A stretch of 62,847 bases of DNA, the filler included, from a bacterium (lineage in GTDB: Bacteria; UBP15; UBA6099; JAJRTR01): NCBI GenBank assembly GCA_024278215.1. It is 4 parts of 4 records of this genome, joined end to end, with 100 filler letters (N's around TTAATTAATTAA, not from the genome) between each part and the next. Parts side by side here need not be neighbours in the genome. Positions count along the whole stretch, not along the records: positions 23,013 to 51,388 come from JAJRTR010000177.1; 3 more parts are not named here. One strand, written 5' to 3'. Under the pieces are notes generated by a model. That model saw only the letters and a program-made list of their open reading frames with translations. It did not search any database and had not been told where the DNA came from. Shown here one piece after another: positions 30,233 to 38,478 of this stretch. Position 1 is the first letter of the stretch. Every line of letters starts with the position of its first letter. The position numbers and the translations under genes were made by a program.

Positions 30233-31417
30233 ATGAGGGAAGCTTACATAATCAGCGCGGCGAGGACAGCTGTGGGGACATTCGGAGGCCAGTTGAAGGC
30301 AGTGTCGGCGGTGGACCTTGGCACACTTGTCGTGAAGGAAAGCATCAGCCGCTCCGGCATAGAGCCGGGCCTGGTCGAGGAGGTGATCATGGGGAACGTG
30401 CTCCAGGCGGGGCACGGGCAGAATATTGCGCGTCAGACACTTATATACAGCGACATACCGCAGGAAACGCCTGCATACACAGTCAACAAGGTGTGCGGCT
30501 CGGGGCTGAAGACTGTCGCGCTTGCGGCGCAGGCGATTAAGGCAGGCGATGCGGACATTGTGGTTGCTGGTGGTGTCGAGAACATGAGTGCCGCGCCATA
30601 CCTGCTGATGAAGGCACGCTGGGGCTACCGGATGGGCAACAACGAGATCGTGGATCACATGATTTACGATGGGCTGTGGGAGAAATTTAACGACTATCAC
30701 ATGGGCATCACGGCGGAGAATATAGCGGAGAAATACGGAATAACCCGTGAGGCGCAGGACACTTTCGCGTGCGAGAGCCAGAGGCGCGCCTGCGAGGCCA
30801 TCGAGAGCGGCGCTTTCGAATCGCAGATTGTGCCGGTGATGATACCGAGGCGCAAGGGCGATCCTGTAGAATTCAAGGTCGACGAACATCCGCGCGCCGG
30901 TACGACAATCGAAGCGCTCGCGAAGTTGCGCCCCGCGTTTAAAAAAGACGGCACTGTGACAGCCGGCAACGCATCGGGGATAAACGACGGAGCGGTTGCG
31001 TTTGTCGTCATGTCGGGCGAAAAGATGAAAGAGCTCGGTATCGAGCCTATGTGCAGGATCGTATCCTACGCATCAGCGGGCGTCGACCCCGCATATATGG
31101 GCATGGGCCCCGCACCGTCATCGAAGAAAGCGGTGGAAAAAGCCGGCTGGTCTTTCGATGATGTGCAACTCATGGAACTCAACGAGGCGTTTGCTTCCCA
31201 GTCACTTGCAGTCATCCGCGAACTGGGTGTCGAAGATAGAATGGACGACATAAACATACATGGCGGTGCCATCGCGCTCGGACATCCTATCGGCGCATCG
31301 GGAGCGCGCATCTTCACAACGCTGATCTATGCGATGAAAGAACGGAATGTGAGCAGGGGCCTTGCCGCTCTTTGTATAGGTGGTGGCATGGGAATCGCGA
31401 TGACTGTCGAGATGTAA
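30233..31417 (+). CDS. Acetyl-CoA C-acetyltransferase (thiolase)
   Basis: [47 protein letters not shown]. Confidence 0.96.
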   Translation: MREAYIISAARTAVGTFGGQLKAVSAVDLGTLVVKESISRSGIEPGLVEEVIMGNVLQAGHGQNIARQTLIYSDIPQETPAYTVNKVCGSGLKTVALAAQAIKAGDADIVVAGGVENMSAAPYLLMKARWGYRMGNNEIVDHMIYDGLWEKFNDYHMGITAENIAEKYGITREAQDTFACESQRRACEAIESGAFESQIVPVMIPRRKGDPVEFKVDEHPRAGTTIEALAKLRPAFKKDGTVTAGNASGINDGAVAFVVMSGEKMKELGIEPMCRIVSYASAGVDPAYMGMGPAPSSKKAVEKAGWSFDDVQLMELNEAFASQSLAVIRELGVEDRMDDINIHGGAIALGHPIGASGARIFTTLIYAMKERNVSRGLAALCIGGGMGIAMTVEM

Positions 31418-31461
31418 TTTTGCGAGCCGATATTCAACCACATAAAGGTTCTGTTTTGCAC

Positions 31462-34062
31462 ATGCCGGGTCGAAAAAATCGCAGTAAAACCTCAAATGCG
31501 GAGAGGCGGAGAGCCCTTTCCTGTAATCACCTGTATGTGATCATATTTATCCTGACCCTCGTGGTGGCGAGTGGTTGTGTCAATAACGATCAGCGGGGAG
31601 ATTCACGCGTTGTCGAGTACTCGATACAACAGCCGCACTGGATAGCCAGCGAGGGCCGCAGAGGAATACCCGATGTGATACTCGAAAGGCGTATTGCAAA
31701 TGTTGTCTACAAGTACGGCAGTGTGTGGTTCGGCGCGGAAGGTTACGGGCTTGCCGAGTACCATCCCGACAGCGGCAAGTGGACTCTTTACCCGGTCAGC
31801 TTCGGCAAACAATCTGTGAAAATATGGGATATAGTAAAAACTGAAAACGGGTTGATAGCGGGCACAGCGGGACTGGGCCTTTTCCGCTACGACATGAATA
31901 CCGGAAAGTGGACGCATATAGCGATACCCGGCAGTAAAAGATGCAACGAAGTGCGGGCAATGGTAAAAGTGGGAAACATCATCTGGATCGCAACTTTCCA
32001 CGGTCTGTGTACATACGATATTTCCACCGGCGAATTCAGATTTATTCATGAAGGCCGGATATATGAGATACAGGATTCGGAGGAGGGAATATGGGCTCTG
32101 ATCGACTCTGTCAAAGAAGGCCGGTATATTGCAAGATTTGATAAAGAAACCGCGGAAAGGAAAGTCCTTCTGAAGAACATGGGCAAAGAGTCTTTGTTAT
32201 ATGACATCTATGTCGAAGACAGTATCGTGCTGGCAACTGCTATATCCGGCTTCTTCGAATATGACAAAAAGGAAAATGGATTAACAAAGATTATAGCGCC
32301 TGATACTTTTCCATATTTCATTCCACGATCCATAACAAAACATAACGACATGTACATTGCGGGCGGCTTCTACGGCTTGACGATTTATGATAAGAGTACA
32401 GGCAAATGGTACCTCGCGGATCGTGATTCCGGTTTGCACTGCCGCACGATATACGGTGTCGCGTCAGACGCCGAGAACATCTACATCGGAAGCGAGCGCG
32501 GGCCTTTCATTATCACCCCGGATATGCTTGACCGAATAATGACGGCGGCAGACAGGCCCGGCAGAAAGATAACTGATGCCGGTATCGCCGACACCGTGTT
32601 GTCGGACAGCAATGCGACAACAAGCTGGATACACATTACAACGTCGGATGGGCTGATAAACAACAATGTTTTTACAATCGAAACAAGCGGTGAAGAAGCA
32701 TGGATCGGCACAAATGTCTTAGGTGTTTCCATGTTGAATACCGATGATTTCTCTATTAAGAATTACAACGGCAGGGGTGACAGTCCGTTCAGCCCGGTGA
32801 TGGTGAGAGAAATCGCTGTGCAGGGCGATTCGGTTTTCCACGGCGGACAAAGTGTATTCGGTGAATTCGACAGGGTGAAAAACAAATGGTTGATGTTGAT
32901 TGACGATGAACCGGCTTTTGACAGCGGCCAGATCGAGGCGCTCTGGGCCGGAAAAGACGAAGTGTGGCTCAGCGCAAAAAAAGACGGGATCAGGGTGTTG
33001 AACAGAAAAACAGGTGAATGGAGAAGGTATCCGCCGGACCCTGTGACTTTAAGCAATGTTATTACAGACATTGTACCGTTACGAAACCGATTATGGATAT
33101 CATCCGATATCGGTTTGAGGATGTATGATCCGAATAATGATAAATTCAAAGTCGTAAAACTCAAGATATGGGACATCTCGAGCATCGCCCCCGAAGGCGA
33201 CACATTGTGGCTCGGCGCGGTGCAGCGGGGCGCTCCCGCCGGTCCGAACAACACCGGACTCTACAGGTACAACACGCTTACAAAACACGAGGTTGCTTTC
33301 AACCGCCTCCCGGCTGCCGGCGATACGCCTGTAACTGATGTTTTCGTCGACGGTCCCAGCGTATGGATGGCGAACGGCAAAGGAATCAGCAGGTACTGCC
33401 GGCTCACCGGTCGCTGGAACAACTTCGGGCCTGATGAAAAACTCGATGTAGAAAAAACACGTACAGTCGCCGTTGCAGGCGACATGCTGCTTGTCGGCAC
33501 GGATAACGGACTGTATATTAAAAAGACAATCCGTTTCTCAAAGTCCTCAAACAGGCGTTTATATATTCAGGCCTGGAACGACGAGGCCAATGGAGACTTT
33601 CATGGCGCTTCTGTAAAATATAATAAACTCATGCAGCAGGATGTCACCTACGGTAAAAACCTGGTCGAATTCAGGCTCGCAAGTTGTCTTCAACTGTCCG
33701 GCAAACCGGTTGCTGCCATGCGGCACTACGAGAATCTCCTTCTCGACTATCCTCTGCTGGTTCTCAGCCTGGAGGAAATCTATACTTCGTTATATGGCTT
33801 CGATGCTTACATTCAGAAGATTGTCGAACTCAAACAGAAAAATAAAAATGATGCGTCAATACAGGCGCTTTGCAGGGCGTATCTCGAATTCGCCGGGAGT
33901 TCTCTCAAAAGAATGGCGATCTTCAGGGAAAGACAGGGGCGATATGAACGTGCCGTACAACTCTGGAGATACCTTGTGGAGTATACCGACGATCCGGCCA
34001 TAAGAAAAAATGCCGAAAAGCGTTTGCTCGCTTTGACGGATAAGCAGCATGTTGCAAAATGA
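31462..34062 (+). CDS. Large probable lipoprotein with beta-propeller repeats and a C-terminal TPR-like region
   Basis: Hydrophobic N-terminus ending VASGC; repeated W.G...GL..YD..TG.W blades; helical C-terminus. Confidence 0.65.
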   Translation: MPGRKNRSKTSNAERRRALSCNHLYVIIFILTLVVASGCVNNDQRGDSRVVEYSIQQPHWIASEGRRGIPDVILERRIANVVYKYGSVWFGAEGYGLAEYHPDSGKWTLYPVSFGKQSVKIWDIVKTENGLIAGTAGLGLFRYDMNTGKWTHIAIPGSKRCNEVRAMVKVGNIIWIATFHGLCTYDISTGEFRFIHEGRIYEIQDSEEGIWALIDSVKEGRYIARFDKETAERKVLLKNMGKESLLYDIYVEDSIVLATAISGFFEYDKKENGLTKIIAPDTFPYFIPRSITKHNDMYIAGGFYGLTIYDKSTGKWYLADRDSGLHCRTIYGVASDAENIYIGSERGPFIITPDMLDRIMTAADRPGRKITDAGIADTVLSDSNATTSWIHITTSDGLINNNVFTIETSGEEAWIGTNVLGVSMLNTDDFSIKNYNGRGDSPFSPVMVREIAVQGDSVFHGGQSVFGEFDRVKNKWLMLIDDEPAFDSGQIEALWAGKDEVWLSAKKDGIRVLNRKTGEWRRYPPDPVTLSNVITDIVPLRNRLWISSDIGLRMYDPNNDKFKVVKLKIWDISSIAPEGDTLWLGAVQRGAPAGPNNTGLYRYNTLTKHEVAFNRLPAAGDTPVTDVFVDGPSVWMANGKGISRYCRLTGRWNNFGPDEKLDVEKTRTVAVAGDMLLVGTDNGLYIKKTIRFSKSSNRRLYIQAWNDEANGDFHGASVKYNKLMQQDVTYGKNLVEFRLASCLQLSGKPVAAMRHYENLLLDYPLLVLSLEEIYTSLYGFDAYIQKIVELKQKNKNDASIQALCRAYLEFAGSSLKRMAIFRERQGRYERAVQLWRYLVEYTDDPAIRKNAEKRLLALTDKQHVAK

Positions 34063-34117
34063 ACATTGTATTATCTTTGGAATGGTGATATAATAAAACA
34101 ATAACAAATCAACATTA

Positions 34118-34295
34118 GAGCCAATTGCAATATTATGTTCGTAGCGAGGTCGGGCGAAATTGTTCGGAGCAAGGCGGAGGGGTAAAATCCTCGCAGGCGT
34201 ACTTGTAGAGTACGTCGAGGACGATTTTGTGACGACAACGCAGCAATGGACAATAGCAGCCGACCGCAGCAGAATCAGAATTTTGTAATTGCCTC
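34118..34295 (+). mobile_element. MITE family A, full copy with 4-bp target duplication ATTA
   Basis: TIRs GAGCCAATTGCAATA / TTTTGTAATTGCCTC; ATTA on both flanks; colinear with 28619-28797. Confidence 0.82.
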
Positions 34296-34428
34296 ATTAG
34301 TTACAAATAACTTAATTCTGTTGTGCATAAGCGGGAGATTCTTCGACTCCGTCTCGGAATGGCCCCATTCCGCTCACCGGTTGTCGTCATACTGAACGCA
34401 GTCTGTTGCGAGACGTTCTACGGCTCTT

Positions 34429-35934
34429 ATGAAAAACACTAAAAGAAAAATAAAGCTTTCCCTTACATCAAAAATATTTCTGCTTATCTTTTTTCTGTTT
34501 GTTGTCGGCATGGGACTGCTCACAGCGACAAGCTACCTCTCGGGTGTGCAGGCAACCAACGATCTCGCTGTGGCTGAGATGCGCCGCACCGCTTCTCTAA
34601 TTGCAACCATTCATTCCCTCTACGAAAAACCCGACTGGGAGTTAACACGTGATTTTGTCGAGAGAACGCTCAGTCTTTACACAAACAGCGAAAAAAGAGA
34701 TTTTATTGAACTTCTCTATATCTATATTAAGGATAGTTCCGGGGTTCTCAGGGTAAGAAAGATAAATTACGATATAGCCCGTAAATACGGCATAAAACTT
34801 TCCGACGGCATGGGAGAACCCGACGCAAAAAATATTTTCAACGATATTCCCACGACAACACCATACGAGAAGGAACTGGTACCACACCTTGATAGAGTCG
34901 TCATGCCTGTAGTGGTCAACGGTCGGAGCAGGGGAACAATCGAACTAGGATACCTTGTTACCGGACTTGCAACAAAAGAGAGACAGTCTTTATTTCGGAC
35001 ACTGACGGTATTCGCATTTCTCAGCATGATCGGGGGCTTTATAGAAATAGTTATGATTCGCTACAACATGCTGCCGATACAAAACACGATTAATGCGATG
35101 AAAGACGTTACCCACGGCAGATTTGAAGTAGAAGTGCCTGAAACCGGGCGCGCGGAAATAAAATTGCTCACAGTCGGATTCAACACCATGGTCAGCGAGA
35201 TACGGCGCAACAGCATCGAGATAAAACAGAAAAGTGAAGAAGTCGAGGAGTCCGTCAAAAAATATCGTTCTCTGTTCCAGATGGCGGGTGACTGCATTAT
35301 ACTTGTCGATGATGACGGTATCTGCATTGATGCAAACTTCGCGGCGGAAAGACTTTTTCAAAAACCGTTGCGGCAGCTTTTCAACTGCTATGTCCTCGAG
35401 CTGGTCAGCCCCTTGTCGGGCACGAATGATTTCCACAAATTGCCGACACGCTGGGAAGGCGTCGTCAATGTCGCAGGCAAGGTAGGAACAGAAGTCGAAG
35501 CCCACACAGCCGACCTTGACGACAACACAAGCATCGTGATTTTCCATGACATCACATCGAGGAAAAAAGTCGAACGCAGGATGAACATGGTCAGGCAGAC
35601 ATTCCTGATCCACCTTGAATCCTTTCCGCTCGGCATATTGTTCATTGATTCCAATCTACAGCTTGTTTTCGCAAATCAAATGGTAAGAGAGATGTTCAAC
35701 TGTGAGAAGGACAGGCTTATCGCCGACTGGGCGGAAATAAAGAGCAGATTCGTCGATATGGACATCGAAACCGCTGTCGCCACTGTTTTCAGAAAAAAGC
35801 AGGATATGTTTTTCGAAGCAGTTTCTGTCGAAAAACACGACGGCAGCAGGATAGAAACAGAGATACGGATCAATCTCTTCACAGAAGCCCCCGACACCCC
35901 ACCACAGGTCATGATCATCATAAATAATGGCTGA
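34429..35934 (+). CDS. Membrane sensor with HAMP and two PAS domains, no output domain
   Basis: Two TMs; HAMP (EIKLLTVGFNTMV); PAS (KYRSLFQMAGDCI..ANFAAERLF..DITSRKK); second PAS; stops without a kinase or GGDEF domain. Confidence 0.7.
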   Translation: MKNTKRKIKLSLTSKIFLLIFFLFVVGMGLLTATSYLSGVQATNDLAVAEMRRTASLIATIHSLYEKPDWELTRDFVERTLSLYTNSEKRDFIELLYIYIKDSSGVLRVRKINYDIARKYGIKLSDGMGEPDAKNIFNDIPTTTPYEKELVPHLDRVVMPVVVNGRSRGTIELGYLVTGLATKERQSLFRTLTVFAFLSMIGGFIEIVMIRYNMLPIQNTINAMKDVTHGRFEVEVPETGRAEIKLLTVGFNTMVSEIRRNSIEIKQKSEEVEESVKKYRSLFQMAGDCIILVDDDGICIDANFAAERLFQKPLRQLFNCYVLELVSPLSGTNDFHKLPTRWEGVVNVAGKVGTEVEAHTADLDDNTSIVIFHDITSRKKVERRMNMVRQTFLIHLESFPLGILFIDSNLQLVFANQMVREMFNCEKDRLIADWAEIKSRFVDMDIETAVATVFRKKQDMFFEAVSVEKHDGSRIETEIRINLFTEAPDTPPQVMIIINNG

Positions 35935-36010
35935 ACGAAAACCTGCTCCTGCCGGAATATGCGCAAATTGCCTGCTATCCCGGATCTTCTTACGCGGGAA
36001 TCCGGGTAAA

Positions 36011-36128
36011 CCCGTATATTTCACCAATGCTGGCCCAAAATCAGGAGAATACCTGTAATACAAAGCGCGGCAAGTGAGTGGTGAGGGAGCATACTGTTAG
36101 TATGTGACAGATCCCGAATCGCCGCCGC
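36011..36128 (+). repeat. MITE family B, partial copy
   Basis: CCCGTATATTTCACCAATGCTGG..GCGCGGCAAGTGAGTGGTGAGGGAGCA..GATCCCGAATCGCCG shared with the 24843 copy. Confidence 0.75.
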
Positions 36129-36222
36129 CTGCCGCCGCTGGATTAAAAATGACCCTTTATGCTGAAGTAATAATGACCCCACAGTAAGACAATATAATAC
36201 CAGTAACAGGGAAAGGACACGC

Positions 36223-36380
36223 AAAAGCCGGAATCCGAAGACTCCCGGTGGACCTTCGGGGCGGTCGTGAAAAGTCCAGTTCCATTCCCGAGGCGTCGGA
36301 CATGATTCGCCGTCCGAATAAAAACCCAAGCACCGGTCGGACCGGTAGGGCTACGACCCGAACGCCCGGCCGGTTGCGTT
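36223..36380 (-). ncRNA. Candidate structured small RNA (rod-like, possibly 6S-like) with an intrinsic terminator
   Basis: Nested stems with G-U pairs favouring the minus strand; 3' hairpin CCGGGAGUC-UUCG-GAUUCCGG followed by CUUUU. Confidence 0.45.
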
Positions 36381-36399
36381 TTTAAACTATGGAGTCATC

Positions 36400-36428
36400 T
36401 TGGCCTTGTGCGTTTAAGGTGGTATAAT
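36400..36428 (+). promoter_or_regulatory. Sigma70-type promoter for hicBA
   Basis: TTGGCC-17bp-TATAAT with extended TGn; RBS GAGGAG downstream. Confidence 0.6.
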
Positions 36429-36448
36429 AAAATAGAGGAGTTAAAAAA

Positions 36449-36658
36449 ATGAAGTATAGAGTAATCATCGAGCAGGATGAGGATGGCGCTTTTGTAGTCG
36501 AATGTCCCTCATTTCCGGGATGTGTGTCGCAGGGCGCAACAAGGGCGGAGGCCGAGGAAAACATAAAGGACGCCATCAGGGGGTATATTGAAAGTCTGAT
36601 GAAGCACGATGAACCCGCGCCGCCGCCGATATATGAATCTTATGTCGAGGTCGTGTAA
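36449..36658 (+). CDS. hicB: HicB family antitoxin
   Basis: MKYRVIIEQDEDG.FVVECPS.PGCVSQG.TR.EA..NIKDAI. Confidence 0.9.
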   Translation: MKYRVIIEQDEDGAFVVECPSFPGCVSQGATRAEAEENIKDAIRGYIESLMKHDEPAPPPIYESYVEVV

Positions 36659-36885
36659 TGACCCGGCTGCCGGTTGTATCAGCGCGGGATGCCATAGCCG
36701 CTTTCAGAAAATGCGGATATGAAATAGACCACCAGACAGGCAGTCACATCATTCTAAGAAATACTGAACCGCCCCACCGCCGACTTACGATTCCCAACCA
36801 CAAGGAACTTGCAAAGGGAACTCTTCGTTCTCTTATCCGCCAAGCTGGTATGACGGTTGATGAATTCGCTCAACTTCTTCACTGA
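36658..36885 (+). CDS. hicA: HicA family toxin
   Basis: DHQTGSHIIL..RRLTIPNHKELAKGTLRSLIRQAG; TAATG coupling to hicB. Confidence 0.9.
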   Translation: MTRLPVVSARDAIAAFRKCGYEIDHQTGSHIILRNTEPPHRRLTIPNHKELAKGTLRSLIRQAGMTVDEFAQLLH

Positions 36886-37231
36886 ATTCGTGTAACCCAC
36901 ACCGAACATTCCCCGGTTTTCACTGCCGATTAGTTACAGGCGTTGTGCCGACACTTTGCCAACACCTACGAGTAATCGCCTCCATCCAGCGCGGCTGATT
37001 TCTGTTATTCCCCCGACTTCCAATCATATAGGATTTCCTATATCCACACAATGATTCCACGCACAATCTCATGATTCTGCTGATACATTGGTGCCAACAC
37101 ATCGCACGATCAATCCCATCCGAACTTGACTTCAAAAAGATGTCGCCCCAACCTGTCTGATGCCTGCGCAGGCGCAATTGGAACGTCCGGCCTGCCGGAT
37201 TTTATCGACTGGACAGATTGAGGAGGACGAC

Positions 37232-37456
37232 ATGAAAATCAGAGTGAAATTCGGAAATAATCCCTACGACAATTGTTTTTCCTGCTCACGCTGCGGGAGC
37301 AGTTTTGAGTCCGGCGGATTCATTCTTCGGATCGAGCATAGCGGAACCGTGGTCGATATCCCAATTTGCTCTGAGTGTTTTGACAAAGGCGATCTGTTCG
37401 AGGGTTTGATAGAAATCGACCGCCATCACACGGCGCATCCGATTGGCCGCGCCTGA
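37232..37456 (+). CDS. Small Zn-finger-like hypothetical protein
   Basis: GAGGAGG RBS; CSRC and CSEC pairs. Confidence 0.65.
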   Translation: MKIRVKFGNNPYDNCFSCSRCGSSFESGGFILRIEHSGTVVDIPICSECFDKGDLFEGLIEIDRHHTAHPIGRA

Positions 37457-37485
37457 AAATTCTGAAAGTGAAGGGAATCAGACAG

Positions 37486-37917
37486 ATGACAGAAAATGTA
37501 AAAGACATCGGCGCGTGGGTCGAGAGCGCTAACTGCTTCGAAGTCATGGGGCAGCTCCGCAAACTCGGTGTGCTCACACGTGCCGATATGGAAAAGGCAA
37601 TGCGGCTTTCTCGCAGTGAATGGATTTCATTCATGAAAGAGAAAATCGGGCTCACACCGGAAGGCAACAATGAAAACAGGCGATTGATTTATGAAGAAAA
37701 AAACGAAATGTCCGAGTATGAGAGAACTTTGAATCCAATCATCACCATCCAGGAAGACAAGGGGGAACAATTGTTTGTCATTGCCGATTTCTCAATACCT
37801 GGCAATCCAGATGTGCGCCGCATAATATCCAAACGACGCGCGGACGGCAAAATCTCCGCCGTGACGTACATTGGCACGGTCGGCGCGGACAGAATTGTAA
37901 CAAAAAACGCAACCTGA
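37486..37917 (+). CDS. Hypothetical protein; N-terminal half paralogous to 38206-38412
   Basis: Shares ES...F.VMGQL.KLG.LT..D.E.A...SR.EW..FM.EKIG with the downstream ORF. Confidence 0.65.
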   Translation: MTENVKDIGAWVESANCFEVMGQLRKLGVLTRADMEKAMRLSRSEWISFMKEKIGLTPEGNNENRRLIYEEKNEMSEYERTLNPIITIQEDKGEQLFVIADFSIPGNPDVRRIISKRRADGKISAVTYIGTVGADRIVTKNAT

Positions 37918-38114
37918 TGAGCATGGTATCCGCCACTGAAGAGCAGTTCTGGAAATCAGTGGATGTTCTATCCGAACTGTTCAAGGCGGTAGGTGGCGTA
38001 ACAGAGATTCGCAATTACAGCGGCAAAACTATTCGAGAAGCTGCGGAAATGATGCGGCGGCTTGGAAATGCAAAAGTTTGGATGGAACCGGAAAGGCCTC
38101 AGCATAATTTGTGA
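37917..38114 (+). CDS. Small hypothetical protein
   Basis: TGATG translational coupling to the upstream ORF. Confidence 0.55.
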   Translation: MSMVSATEEQFWKSVDVLSELFKAVGGVTEIRNYSGKTIREAAEMMRRLGNAKVWMEPERPQHNL

Positions 38115-38205
38115 AATATGCATCGCAATAATCACCGGTAACAATCCGGGAGATACTCATACTTACAGCATGTTTTTATTGAGAGACGCATGAAAGATAT
38201 TCCTC

Positions 38206-38412
38206 ATGGATGAAGCGAAAAAGAAAATACTGAAATTCATTGAATCCTCAACCGTTTTTGCAGTTATGGGGCAGTTGAAAAAGCTCGGTTTCTTGACAAG
38301 TGATGACATCGAGCGAGCCGGGGAAATGTCACGTGACGAGTGGCTGAGGTTCATGAATGAAAAAATCGGCATCGAGAACCGTGATGGACCTCAAGAATCA
38401 AAGGAGAAATAA
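38206..38412 (+). CDS. Small hypothetical protein, paralog of the 37486 N-terminus
   Basis: Protein-level similarity to the 37486 ORF. Confidence 0.65.
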   Translation: MDEAKKKILKFIESSTVFAVMGQLKKLGFLTSDDIERAGEMSRDEWLRFMNEKIGIENRDGPQESKEK

Positions 38413-38478
38413 ATTTCACATATCAGTATGAAAATTGTTTTTGTGATATTTATTTCAATTTTATGGGAACAGCTTTTA

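Noticed and set aside
36195-36312. c-di-GMP-I riboswitch (GAAA..ACGCAAAAGCC)
   Set aside because: No P2 stem around GAAA and no canonical tetraloop receptor; the minus-strand fold is better supported
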